A DNA stretch of 64,000 nt from Flavobacteriaceae bacterium (GTDB taxonomy: Bacteria > Bacteroidota > Bacteroidia > Flavobacteriales > Flavobacteriaceae), in assembly GCA_009886755.1 (NCBI GenBank), contig QXYU01000038.1, forward strand, positions 88,000 to 151,999. The letters run 5' to 3'. The notes under the pieces are model-generated. The model was given only the letters and a program-made list of their open reading frames with translations, had not been told where the DNA came from and did not search any database. This document shows positions 18,225-27,844 of this stretch, one piece after another (positions within the stretch are counted from its first letter, which is position 1; each line of letters begins with the position of its first letter). The translations under genes were made by a program, and so were the position numbers.

Positions 18225-18665
18225 TTAGAACGGTTTGCCAACTTCTTCGAAAAGTTCGTTTCTAAGTTTGTGATAGGCTTCTTTATCAGAATCGATCACT
18301 TCGGAAGCTAGGAGTCCTTTATTGTCTAAAAACCAACGCGTAGATAATGGATGAAATGTTTTGCTTAGGTTGCGATCGCTCCACATGGACATTTCAAAAA
18401 GAATTGGATAAAGATCGATTCCTTTATTTTCCAAATAGTATAGTTTGACTTTTTTGTTTTTGGGACTGTACATAAAGCTGATAAATCCCGATTTGGAAAG
18501 TGCTTGTAAACGGGAAGTCAAAATATTGGATGCAATTCCCTCAGGGGCATTGAGAAATTCTTTGAAGGTTTTTCGCCCCATGAATAAATCCCGGATGATT
18601 AGTAAAGACCACTTGTCTCCAATCAAATCCAAAACATTTGTAATTGGACAGCCTGATCGATGCAT
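18225..18665 (-). CDS. HxlR-family transcriptional regulator
   Basis: 146 aa with the HxlR winged-helix signature CPITNVLDLIGDKWSLLIIRDL. It lies 9 nt upstream of hbd on the same strand. Confidence 0.88.
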   Translation of the reverse strand: MHRSGCPITNVLDLIGDKWSLLIIRDLFMGRKTFKEFLNAPEGIASNILTSRLQALSKSGFISFMYSPKNKKVKLYYLENKGIDLYPILFEMSMWSDRNLSKTFHPLSTRWFLDNKGLLASEVIDSDKEAYHKLRNELFEEVGKPF

Positions 18666-18852
18666 TTTTTTAGGATTTTATACCCTAAAAGTAACAGATT
18701 CTTTGCGATTCTAAAATAGAATTGAATCAAATTTGGGGATTTTATAAAAAATGGTTACTTTTATTCTGCAACCATAAATCAATTTTGACTGTGTTGGAAA
18801 TTTTCCAATGACACCCAAACTGCTATTTAACCTTCCTGTGTTCGCATATAAT

Positions 18853-18900
18853 GCACAAAACCCTTTTTCTGAATTTTTTAGGGTTTTGTGTATTTTTTTA
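18853..18900 (+). terminator. orphan intrinsic-terminator-like hairpin
   Basis: The arms GCACAAAACCCT and AGGGTTTTGTG pair, and TATTTTTTTA follows on the plus strand. It sits inside a ~550-bp gene-free interval with no annotated plus-strand gene upstream. Confidence 0.5.
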
Positions 18901-19213
18901 TCCTTTAAAATAGCGATTAATGTCAGTAATAATGCGAAACGCGATATAATTTTGCTTTAGCCCGAAAGAGTCGTTACTAACGCCTTATGCATTTTCCTTT
19001 TTCAGGTGAATCTATGGGATTGAATTCAACAAAAAATTCTATCGCTTTGCGGTCAGACACAATTCATTCAATGATAGAGTCACTACTGAGGGACAAAAAT
19101 CAGCATCAACATGCCCCTCAACGCTAAAATAGTATTCGATTTACAGGTCAAAATCCGTTTGAATAACACGACTTTAGTATCTTGCAGCTAATTAATTACT
19201 ATAAGCCAAGCAC

Positions 19214-19681
19214 ATGAAAAAAGCTTTTCTCCTAATTACAGCCCTTACATTATTTACTTGTTCGAAAGAAGAGGAAGCTCCAGAAGAGGTAATTCCTGAT
19301 CCAACAACCTTTCTGGAAAAATACAATAACACTGCTTGGGAAAATTCGGAGTCGGGACGTATTGGCTTTGTTGATGACACGAGTCGTTTTTTATGGACGG
19401 TTCCTCTGGTGGGTGATTGTAGTTTCATTTCAGACAATCAAACAATTGAAGCCGATGGAGGAATATATAGCATTAGTATTGAAAGAAATATTCCAAGCGA
19501 ATTTGTTTACACCATTGTATTTTCGATCGGAGAAAACTCGGCGAGTTATACTAAGGTATTTACGGAATCAAACGATGTGCTTACGGAAACCTCTGTTCGT
19601 TCCATAATTGGTGAACAAGACGAGCCCGAAGTTATTACCCACACCTTGATATCAGGATCACTTTCGTCTTACTGCCAATAA
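19214..19681 (+). CDS. hypothetical lipoprotein
   Basis: 155 aa with lipobox-like LTLFTCSKEEE. I recognise no family. Confidence 0.6.
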   Translation: MKKAFLLITALTLFTCSKEEEAPEEVIPDPTTFLEKYNNTAWENSESGRIGFVDDTSRFLWTVPLVGDCSFISDNQTIEADGGIYSISIERNIPSEFVYTIVFSIGENSASYTKVFTESNDVLTETSVRSIIGEQDEPEVITHTLISGSLSSYCQ

Positions 19682-19690
19682 AAAATTGCT

Positions 19691-20263
19691 TTGGTTCAAA
19701 TCGGCCGCTTATCCACCCAAGAAGAGCTGTATCAGATTAAAGACTTGCAGACAAAAAACCTTAAGTCAAATCTCAGCCCTTCCGAGCAAGAAACTCAAGG
19801 TTTTGTGACGGCTTCTTACACCTTCGATTTCCTAAAAAAGATGAATGAATTGCATCCTGCAATTATCGCTAAGGAAGGAGGTCAAGTGGTGGGTTACGCT
19901 TTGGTAACTACTTCGGAAATAAAAGGAAGTCATCAGCTTCTAGATGATTTGATCGGGCATTGTGATAAGGTTGTTTTTAAAAACGTTTCTTTAGCGTCGA
20001 TCCCTTATGCAATTGTAGGACAACTTTGTGTAGCAAAGGCCTACCGAGGGCAAGGCTTGGTACAAAAGATGTATACCCATTTCAAAGAGTCAATGCAGCA
20101 AACCCATCAATGCTGTATAACAGACGTAGATGAAGAGAATCCTCGATCTCTTAGAGCACACCAAAAAGTAGGATTTGAAGTGGTCGGCCGTCTTGGTTAT
20201 GGCGGCTCCCAATGGAATTTGGTTCTTTGGGATTGGAATCGATCGGAAGTGTCGAGAACCTAG
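19691..20263 (+). CDS. GNAT-family N-acetyltransferase
   Basis: 190 aa (TTG start in the track) with acetyl-CoA motif A region VAKAYRGQGLVQKMY and C-terminal NPRSLRAHQKVGFEVVG. Confidence 0.8.
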   Translation: MVQIGRLSTQEELYQIKDLQTKNLKSNLSPSEQETQGFVTASYTFDFLKKMNELHPAIIAKEGGQVVGYALVTTSEIKGSHQLLDDLIGHCDKVVFKNVSLASIPYAIVGQLCVAKAYRGQGLVQKMYTHFKESMQQTHQCCITDVDEENPRSLRAHQKVGFEVVGRLGYGGSQWNLVLWDWNRSEVSRT

Positions 20264-20637
20264 ATTTTTCTTTTGGAAATAGTTGCACGAGTCAAAAAAC
20301 CAGCTGGGCCAAGATTACCCCTTAGATCCTTTTGTCTGGGGGAGCTTTGACAAAACCATTTCCAAATCAAACACGTCAATTCATTTAGACAATATCTGCA
20401 AGCCGCCTAGGCACCCCTTTTGATTGCAATGATCAATAGTGAAAAAGCAGCGGGTTTTATCGTCCCAGCAAAATCCATGACGATTTGTAATTTGTAGCAA
20501 TTGCAGCAAAAATAATGCTGCTTCATAGGAGGCCTGTCTTTGGAGGCACATAAAACACATTTGAAAACACTTGTAAAAGATATTTTAGAAACCGTAAATT
20601 GACATCGCCCTACGTGGCTTTTAAAATATAACGACGT

Positions 20638-23600
20638 ATGAGAAATGGACTCCTATTTTCCATGGCTCTCTTTTTTGGAGTTGTCTTTGGATTTTCACAA
20701 GAATTATCAGAAAGCTTTAAACCCTTAAAGTATCGGAACATCGGTCCTTTTAGAGGAGGACGTGCCAATGCCGGAACTGGAGTTATTGGTGATCCAATGA
20801 CCTACTATATGGGGACTACTGGTGGAGGTGTTTGGAAAACATCCGATGCGGGGCAGCATTGGAAAAATATTTCTGACGGCTTCTTCAAATTGGGATCTGT
20901 CGGGGCTATTACCGTTTCGGAAAGCAATCCAAATGTAGTTTATGTAGGGATGGGTGAACATGCTCCTCGAGGAGTCATGACTTCTCATGGCGACGGAGTA
21001 TATAAATCCAGTGATGCAGGAAAGACTTGGACGTCTGTTGGTCTGGAAAAAACACAGCACATATCCCGTATTGTTATACATCCAACCAATTCTGATATTC
21101 TATGGGTAGCAGCTCAAGGAGCTTTGCATGGACCCACACAAGAAAGAGGGATTTATAAATCTGTTGATGGCGGAAAGAGCTGGAAAAAAACCCTTTATGT
21201 CAACACTCTTACTGGAGCCAGTGAGTTGTCGATTGACAGTAACAATCCCGATGTTCTTTATGCAGCTTTATGGGAACACATTCGAAAACCTTGGCAGGTG
21301 GTTTCTGGTGGTTCGGGAAGTGGTCTGTACAAATCTACTGATGGAGGAGAAACATGGAAAAAAATCCATAAAGGATTGCCAAAAGAAAAAGGGAAAATGG
21401 CCATTGCGGTCTCCCCAGCAAATTCACAAACTGTTTTTGCGCTTATTGAAAGTGATTCACAAAAAGAAAAAGGAGGCTTGTTCGTTTCCAAAGATGCGGG
21501 GGGCAGTTGGTCACGTATTAGTGGAGACCATCGCCTAATTCAGCGGGCGTGGTATTATATTGAAATTGCCTTAGACCCTAATAATGAGGACATTGTGTAT
21601 GTGATGAGTGCATCCACCTATAAATCAACAGATGGAGGGCAAAGTTGGAACCGAATGCCAAGTGCTCACGGAGATTATCACGATCTGTGGATCAATCCTC
21701 AAAATTCATCCAATATGATTTTGACTAGCGACGGAGGATCCGAAATTACTTTTGATGGAGGGTCTCATTGGTCTCGTATCGATCACCTCCCCACGGCCCA
21801 GTTTTACCGAATCAATACGGATAATTTATATCCCTACCATATTTATGGAGGGCAACAGGATAATTCTTCTGTAAAAATTTCGAGCATAGGTATAGGAAGT
21901 GGGGGAATTGGGGTACAGCATTGGACTTCTTCTGCTGGAGGAGAAAGTGCCTTTTTGGCCTTTGACCCAGACCGCCCAACCAAGGTAATGGGAGGAAGTT
22001 ATTTGGGGACAATTGACATTCTAGACGTGGCAACCCAGCAAAGTACTGAGATCATGATAGAGCCCAATTTATATTTGGGATTGGCCGCTCGCGATATGAA
22101 ATACCTTTATAACTGGAATGCTCCTATTATACGATCTCAGCACGAAGAAAACACTTATTTCCATTGTGCTCAATATGTATTGCGGACTCGTGACGAGGGT
22201 TTGAGTTGGGAAGTGATTTCTCCAGACCTAACAAGAAATCAAGACAAGAAACAAGGAAAAGGGGGTGGTCCCTATACCAATGAAGCCGTTGGGGCCGAAA
22301 ATTATGGGACGATCAGTTATATGGTAGAATCTCCCCATGAGATGGGAGTTTTTTACACTGGAAGCGATGATGGTTTGGTCTATCGAACCAAAGATAATGG
22401 TGTTAACTGGGAAAACGTAACACCAAAAGGACTGGAGGAAACGTTGATTAACAGTATAGAAGTGTCTCCTCATGATCCTGCAACAGTATATATTGCGACC
22501 ACTCGCTATAAGTTTAATTACTTTACTCCCGCGCTGTATAAGAGTACCAACTACGGTCAAAGCTGGAAGTTGATTTCCAAAACACTTCCAAAAGAGGCCT
22601 ACACCAAGGTGGTGCGTGAAGATACAGCCCGAAAGGATTTATTGTTTGCAGGAACGGTAGAAGGAGTCTATGCTTCTTGGGATGGAGGATTGCACTGGAA
22701 ATCTTTACAACTCAATCTTCCCAAAACACCCATAACGGATCTTAAGGTGGCTCACAACGATTTGGTGGTGGCGACACAAGGGCGTTCTTTTTGGATTTTA
22801 GATGATTTGGAGTTCTTGCGACAAACGGAAGGACAGGCAGCTAAGAACACAAAACTTTATACACCCACTGCGGCTTTTTGGGCGCATTGGTATAGCAGTA
22901 TGAACAGTAATTCACCCAGTGGTCAAGACTCTTTTGAGGGGGTCAATCCGGCCACCGGCATGGTGTTGTATTATGAACTAAATGACACCTCAAAAGAACA
23001 GCCAATACATCTGCAAATCCTCGATGCTGAGGGTCGTTTGGTGAACGAGTTTCATTCGGATAAAGATCCAAACTACAAGAGTTATGAAGGAGCTCCTTCA
23101 CCTCCCAAGACCTTAATGAATGAAAAAGGACTCAATCGTTTTGTTTGGAACTTGAGACATCGTTCGCTACCAGGCGCGCCAGAGGTTTATATCGAAGGAA
23201 GTTACAGTGGTCACAAAGCAATCCCAGGGAGGTACACCATTCGTCTCAAGCAAGGAGAACTCATTTTGGAAACAAAAGCTGAAATAATTCCAAACCCAGA
23301 AATTTCTCTTTCAAAAGAAGACTATCAAGTCTATCACGAATTTATGAGTGGTGGAGAAGCAGCTTACACAGAAATGACAATGCTTACCAATAGGATGTAT
23401 TCTACCCAGCAGCGTTTAAAGCAGCTCCTGAAAAAACTCGACCAAGATGGACTGAAGAAGCTTCACAAGCAAGGAAAAAACTTATTAAAGGCAATGTCGG
23501 ATTGGGATGCCAAAATGGTGCAACGTTTGTCCAAAGCCTATGATGATGTAGAAAATTATGAAAATGGCTTTACAGCTCATTACATCACCTTGATCAATCA

Positions 23601-23772
23601 AGTAGATAGTGATATTCCAAAAATAACAGTCGGTGCTAAGTCGCGCATGAAGGAACTCAATGCGGAATGGGCCGTTCTAAAGAAAGAAGGCCAAGCAATT
23701 CAATCAGATCTCATTCCCGCTTTTAATCAAGCGTGTTATGAACAGGGAATAGGAGTGCTTCCGCAACCCTAG
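20638..23772 (+). CDS. sortilin/VPS10-like BNR (Asp-box) repeat beta-propeller protein, secreted
   Basis: 1044 aa with a signal peptide. Asp-box motifs (S/T-x-D-x-G-x-T/S-W) recur: [64 protein letters not shown]. It has a helical C-terminal ~200 aa. A paralogue lies at 48522-51770. Confidence 0.85.
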   Translation: MRNGLLFSMALFFGVVFGFSQELSESFKPLKYRNIGPFRGGRANAGTGVIGDPMTYYMGTTGGGVWKTSDAGQHWKNISDGFFKLGSVGAITVSESNPNVVYVGMGEHAPRGVMTSHGDGVYKSSDAGKTWTSVGLEKTQHISRIVIHPTNSDILWVAAQGALHGPTQERGIYKSVDGGKSWKKTLYVNTLTGASELSIDSNNPDVLYAALWEHIRKPWQVVSGGSGSGLYKSTDGGETWKKIHKGLPKEKGKMAIAVSPANSQTVFALIESDSQKEKGGLFVSKDAGGSWSRISGDHRLIQRAWYYIEIALDPNNEDIVYVMSASTYKSTDGGQSWNRMPSAHGDYHDLWINPQNSSNMILTSDGGSEITFDGGSHWSRIDHLPTAQFYRINTDNLYPYHIYGGQQDNSSVKISSIGIGSGGIGVQHWTSSAGGESAFLAFDPDRPTKVMGGSYLGTIDILDVATQQSTEIMIEPNLYLGLAARDMKYLYNWNAPIIRSQHEENTYFHCAQYVLRTRDEGLSWEVISPDLTRNQDKKQGKGGGPYTNEAVGAENYGTISYMVESPHEMGVFYTGSDDGLVYRTKDNGVNWENVTPKGLEETLINSIEVSPHDPATVYIATTRYKFNYFTPALYKSTNYGQSWKLISKTLPKEAYTKVVREDTARKDLLFAGTVEGVYASWDGGLHWKSLQLNLPKTPITDLKVAHNDLVVATQGRSFWILDDLEFLRQTEGQAAKNTKLYTPTAAFWAHWYSSMNSNSPSGQDSFEGVNPATGMVLYYELNDTSKEQPIHLQILDAEGRLVNEFHSDKDPNYKSYEGAPSPPKTLMNEKGLNRFVWNLRHRSLPGAPEVYIEGSYSGHKAIPGRYTIRLKQGELILETKAEIIPNPEISLSKEDYQVYHEFMSGGEAAYTEMTMLTNRMYSTQQRLKQLLKKLDQDGLKKLHKQGKNLLKAMSDWDAKMVQRLSKAYDDVENYENGFTAHYITLINQVDSDIPKITVGAKSRMKELNAEWAVLKKEGQAIQSDLIPAFNQACYEQGIGVLPQP

Positions 23773-23782
23773 TTTTAAAAAT

Positions 23783-23810
23783 GGCTCATTAATGGGCTCT
23801 TTTTGTTTTT
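23783..23810 (+). terminator. putative intrinsic terminator
   Basis: A short hairpin GCTCA-TTAA-TGGGC (one G:U pair) is followed by TCTTTTTGTTTTT, 11 nt after the stop of the 1044-aa gene. Confidence 0.45.
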
Positions 23811-23914
23811 GACCCATCGGCAAACGGAGTAAAATAGGACAGTTGATCTGTTTTTCTATATTTGTAAAAAAAAATTGTTAGGGGGATTGGGTTTGCTACA
23901 AACTTATTTCCCTT

Positions 23915-24223
23915 TTGTTGTCAATGAAAGAGCGGTTGATATCCATATTATTTTTATCCACCTTAGGGTTGATGTTTGTTGCCACCAGCGCTGAATATGC
24001 GTTTTGTGATGCGCCACTTACAAAATTGACGCTAAAGGTCGAATGGGAGACCGAATCGGAATCGGAGGACAGTGAAAAAGAATTGGAAGACGTGGATAAA
24101 ATCATTTTGTCGTTCAGCTATGAACTCAATAACGTTCAGATAATTCATATCTCATCCAGTGCTTTTGAATCTTTTGGAAGCATTCATCGCAAAATCCATC
24201 TACCCCCTCCAGAGCGAGCTTAG
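23915..24223 (+). CDS. hypothetical small protein with N-terminal hydrophobic segment and acidic core
   Basis: 102 aa ORF with hydrophobic segment ISILFLSTLGLMFVATSA and an acidic stretch ETESESEDSEKELEDVD. It lies upstream of the SulP gene. No family is recognised and it may not be coding. Confidence 0.25.
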   Translation: MLSMKERLISILFLSTLGLMFVATSAEYAFCDAPLTKLTLKVEWETESESEDSEKELEDVDKIILSFSYELNNVQIIHISSSAFESFGSIHRKIHLPPPERA

Positions 24224-24310
24224 GTTTTTCGTCCACCTTGTGACTACAAGGTAATTTTAACACTATACTTTATCATCACTGCTCTCTGAGAGTGGTACGA
24301 ATTATTTATA

Positions 24311-25900
24311 ATGAAGACATCATTTATTCAAAATTTAAAATCAGATTTACCGGCTAGTATCGTCGTTTTTTTCGTCGCTTTGCCGCTATGTCTTGGGATT
24401 GCATTAGCCAGTGGTGCGCCACTCTTTTCTGGGCTTATTGCTGGAATTGTTGGGGGCATTCTTGTAGGCGTTTTGAGCGGTTCTCATATTGGAGTGAGTG
24501 GTCCTGCAGCCGGATTGGCGGCCATCGTATTGACTGCTATTGGTACGCTAGGCGGATTTGAGAATTTCCTTTTGGCTGTAGTTCTAGGAGGTTTTATTCA
24601 ATTTGCTTTTGGCTTGTTCAAGGCTGGAATTATCGGGTATTATTTTCCCTCATCGGTGATCAAAGGAATGCTCTCCGGTATTGGGTTAATTATCATTCTG
24701 AAACAAATTCCTATCTTTTTTGGTTACGATGCTCCTGAAGGCGATTTTTCGTTTGTACAGTCCGACGGATCCAATACGTTTACGGGAATCACAAATGCCC
24801 TTGATTTCATTAGCCCTGGGGCGACACTTATTGCGGTAATTGCAATGGGTATTCTCCTTCTATGGAGCAATATATTGGCTACAAAAGCGAGAATTTTCCA
24901 AATTGTCCAAGGGCCCTTGGTGGCGGTTGTTCTTGGGATTGTATATTATCAATTAACGGCCTCCAACGCGAATTGGGGTATTGCAGAAAACAACCTGGTA
25001 AAAGTGCCTATCCCGAAAGACATGAGTTCTTTCCTTGGACAATTTACCTTTCCAAATTTCTCCATGATTGGGGAAGCCCAAATTTGGGTCACTGCTTTTA
25101 CAATTGCCTTGGTGGCAAGCTTGGAAACCCTTCTGTGCGTGGAAGCCACGGATAAGCTAGATCCGTATAAGCGACTAACGCCTACCAACAGAGAACTCCT
25201 CGCACAAGGAGTGGGAAATATTTTTTCTGGACTCATTGGTGGTTTGCCCATTACTCAGGTGATTGTAAGGAGTTCTGCCAACATTCAATCTGGCGGACAA
25301 TCCAAGTTGTCAGCAATCATTCACGGGATCTTTTTGCTGGTTTCGGTAGTTTTAATTCCACAGTTGCTCAACAAAATTCCCTTATCGGTTCTAGCGGCCA
25401 TACTTTTTATTGTTGGGTATAAACTGGCCAATCCATCGACTTTTAGAAAGATGATTGCGCTTGGATGGAAACAGTATGTCCCTTATTTTATTACCATTAT
25501 CGGTATTGTGTTTACGGATTTATTGGTTGGAATCGGCTTGGGACTTACGGTTGGAGTTATGATTATTCTAATCAAAAGCTATCAAAACTCACATTTCTTG
25601 CACATGGAAAAATCGGGAGAAGCTATTGCTGTCATAAAGATGAGACTAGCCGAAGAAGTAACCTTTATCAATAAAGGAGCAATCCTGAATCAACTCAATT
25701 CCATTCCCGATGGTACGTCTTTGGAAATTGATGTTCGTCGAACGCGTTATTTGGATAATGATATTATAGAAATACTGGAAGACTTTAACGAAAAGGCTAA
25801 GCTTGATGACATCAAGATCACGCTGATATCTGAAAGAGGAACGGTAGAAAACCCTCCTAGTTTTATTGAAATTTTCAATCCTATGCGCGAAATCGCATAG
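24311..25900 (+). CDS. SulP-family anion transporter with C-terminal STAS-like domain
   Basis: 529 aa with the SulP N-terminal pattern DLPASIVVFFVALPLCLGIALASGAP, many TM helices, and a soluble C-terminus (RLAEEVTFINKGAILNQL...). Confidence 0.9.
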   Translation: MKTSFIQNLKSDLPASIVVFFVALPLCLGIALASGAPLFSGLIAGIVGGILVGVLSGSHIGVSGPAAGLAAIVLTAIGTLGGFENFLLAVVLGGFIQFAFGLFKAGIIGYYFPSSVIKGMLSGIGLIIILKQIPIFFGYDAPEGDFSFVQSDGSNTFTGITNALDFISPGATLIAVIAMGILLLWSNILATKARIFQIVQGPLVAVVLGIVYYQLTASNANWGIAENNLVKVPIPKDMSSFLGQFTFPNFSMIGEAQIWVTAFTIALVASLETLLCVEATDKLDPYKRLTPTNRELLAQGVGNIFSGLIGGLPITQVIVRSSANIQSGGQSKLSAIIHGIFLLVSVVLIPQLLNKIPLSVLAAILFIVGYKLANPSTFRKMIALGWKQYVPYFITIIGIVFTDLLVGIGLGLTVGVMIILIKSYQNSHFLHMEKSGEAIAVIKMRLAEEVTFINKGAILNQLNSIPDGTSLEIDVRRTRYLDNDIIEILEDFNEKAKLDDIKITLISERGTVENPPSFIEIFNPMREIA

Positions 25901-25951
25901 GTTTATAATTTAAAAAAACAGCACATTCAATGGGCTTTAATTAAAAATAGT

Positions 25952-26569
25952 ATGAAAGCATTTACAAAAACAGAACAAGAAAACATAAGCCCCAGTGAAG
26001 CATTAACACTCCTTAAAGAGGGGAATGCTCGCTTTTTAGAAAACCAAGCTATTGACCGGGATTTATTAAGTCAGGTGAAGGATACTCAAGGGGGGCAATA
26101 CCCCTTTGCATGTGTATTGGGTTGTATCGACTCTCGCGTCCCTTCTGAATTGGTTTTTGATCAAGGAATTGGAGATATTTTCAATGTGCGAATTGCCGGA
26201 AACTTTGTCAACAAAGACATTCTAGGAAGTATGGAGTTCGCCTGCCAGGTAGCTGGCTCCAAATTGATTGTAGTCCTAGGGCACACCGCCTGCGGAGCGA
26301 TCAAGGGCGCTTGCGACCATGTGGAGCTGGGGAACCTAACACATTTACTCAAAAACTTTGACAGTGTTCTAGAGAGTGTAGCCTATGAAGGAGACCGCTC
26401 TTCCCAAAACAAGGACTTTGTGGACTTGGTGACGGAAAAGAATGTGCATGACACCATTGCAGATATCAAAAAAGACAGTCCAGTTCTAAGTGCTTTGTAC
26501 GAAGCAGGCAATATTGACATTGTCGGAGCTATTTACTATGTTGGCTCTGGAACGGTCAAGTTTTTATAA
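25952..26569 (+). CDS. beta-class carbonic anhydrase
   Basis: 205 aa with zinc-ligand motifs LGCIDSRVP and GHTACGAIKG. Confidence 0.92.
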   Translation: MKAFTKTEQENISPSEALTLLKEGNARFLENQAIDRDLLSQVKDTQGGQYPFACVLGCIDSRVPSELVFDQGIGDIFNVRIAGNFVNKDILGSMEFACQVAGSKLIVVLGHTACGAIKGACDHVELGNLTHLLKNFDSVLESVAYEGDRSSQNKDFVDLVTEKNVHDTIADIKKDSPVLSALYEAGNIDIVGAIYYVGSGTVKFL

Positions 26570-26573
26570 GAAC

Positions 26574-26604
26574 AAAAAAAGCCCTTCGAAAGAAGGGCTT
26601 TTTT
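26574..26604. terminator. bidirectional intrinsic terminator
   Basis: A7-GCCCTTC-GAAA-GAAGGGC-T6 sits between the convergent carbonic anhydrase (+) and CAP-domain (-) genes. Confidence 0.85.
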
Positions 26605-26605
26605 G

Positions 26606-27136
26606 TTAATAGGGTGTTTGTCCCATGAAATTTCCGGGAGGACTGTAGCGCGCCACCACATAAGTGGCTCCCGATTCTGACACAGCCAATGCCATCCCTA
26701 CATGGGTAGAGGTTTTCCAAATCATCTGAGTGTAGTGACCAATTGCGCCAAAATTATTTTGCCCCGATCCAATAGGAGAATAGGTGTAGTCTTTAATTTC
26801 TTCATACCAAGCCTGAGCGGCCGCACGGCCAGAGCTTTCTTTATCCGTAGCGGTGGTCATGTACAGGTTTTCACCCTGCCCTGTTCGTTGGTCATTTTCT
26901 GAATGATACATACGATTTTTACCAGCCATATTTTTGGCCCAGAGCGCAGCATCTGCCGCTAGTTCATCAGACCATTGCAAGACGCCCACACCCACATCGG
27001 ATCGAGCATCGTTATGGATTTTCAAAGCCGCTGCTTTGTCCTCCGCAAGAAGGGTGTATTCAGTGGAATTCTCTGAATTTTCTTTGGAGCAGTTGATTAA
27101 AGCAGAAATGCTAAGGATAAAGACAAGCTTATTCAT
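26606..27136 (-). CDS. CAP/SCP/PR-1-like domain lipoprotein
   Basis: The track ORF starts at 27181 and overlaps the upstream gene. The internal ATG at 27136 gives MNKLVFILSISALINCSKE (lipobox). CAP signatures GHYTQMIW and YSPPGN are present. Confidence 0.82.
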   Translation of the reverse strand: MNKLVFILSISALINCSKENSENSTEYTLLAEDKAAALKIHNDARSDVGVGVLQWSDELAADAALWAKNMAGKNRMYHSENDQRTGQGENLYMTTATDKESSGRAAAQAWYEEIKDYTYSPIGSGQNNFGAIGHYTQMIWKTSTHVGMALAVSESGATYVVARYSPPGNFMGQTPY

Positions 27137-27146
27137 TGATTCGAGT

Positions 27147-27713
27147 TTAGTTGATAATACACCGATCAAAAACAACATCATAATCGCTCCAGTCGGTCAG
27201 TTCAAAATATTCGGAGTCATCGGCCTTAAGTTGAATGACAGGATAGTGGTCTTGATCAAACATCTCGCCATAGAGTATCTGTGCACTGTCCATGACAAAG
27301 TTATAGTCGACACCAAAACAGCTACAATAAAGCACGTCGCCAAAGTGTAGGGCTGTTACTCCATCGACTTGACTCCATGAAAACACTTGGTACACCCCAC
27401 CACCAAAATCCAAAGAACCAATACCACCCGGGAATATTTGTATTTCGGTACTCGCCCCTCGAAGGGCTGAATTAAGAGTGTACCAACAACCTATAAACTC
27501 ACTGTTATATAAAGCTTCAAAATCGGCATTGGTGCGTTGCAGTTGCGTAATGATCAAATCCAAGTCAGCACTAGAGGTTTTCATAGAAGCCAATTCCAAG
27601 TTGACCGCCTCAAGTTGCGCTTGTAAATTGGTAACGTCTCCTTCTATTTTTTTGGTACACCCCCAATTGCTTAATAAGAGTAAAAGCATTCCAAAACTGC
27701 ATAAAATTCGCAT
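27147..27713 (-). CDS. hypothetical lipoprotein with N-terminal coiled coil
   Basis: 188 aa with lipobox LLSNWGCTKK and a heptad-like segment NLQAQLEAVNLELASMKTSSADLDLIITQLQRTNADFEAL, followed by a Cys-containing beta-rich region. It lies 10 nt upstream of the CAP gene. Confidence 0.6.
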   Translation of the reverse strand: MRILCSFGMLLLLLSNWGCTKKIEGDVTNLQAQLEAVNLELASMKTSSADLDLIITQLQRTNADFEALYNSEFIGCWYTLNSALRGASTEIQIFPGGIGSLDFGGGVYQVFSWSQVDGVTALHFGDVLYCSCFGVDYNFVMDSAQILYGEMFDQDHYPVIQLKADDSEYFELTDWSDYDVVFDRCIIN

Positions 27714-27844
27714 AGTATATAGTTATTATGTTCTAAAATTACTGCAAATAGTTGAGTTGTTGGGGCTGCTGTTTTTGAAAGTAGTCAACGAGATCTTTGT
27801 TTTTTTCCACAGATTATGTGAGTACCTTACTAATCTATAGTTAT

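Noticed and set aside
20290-20560. A 56-codon minus-strand ORF (MCLQRQASYEAALFLL...HGFCWDDKTRCFFTIDHCNQKG...), together with a GCAGCA/TGCTGC hairpin at 20503-20521, in the 374-bp gap upstream of the first BNR gene.
   Set aside because: I recognise no family. The hairpin lacks a T-tract. I could not recognise any riboswitch or known RNA motif by eye.
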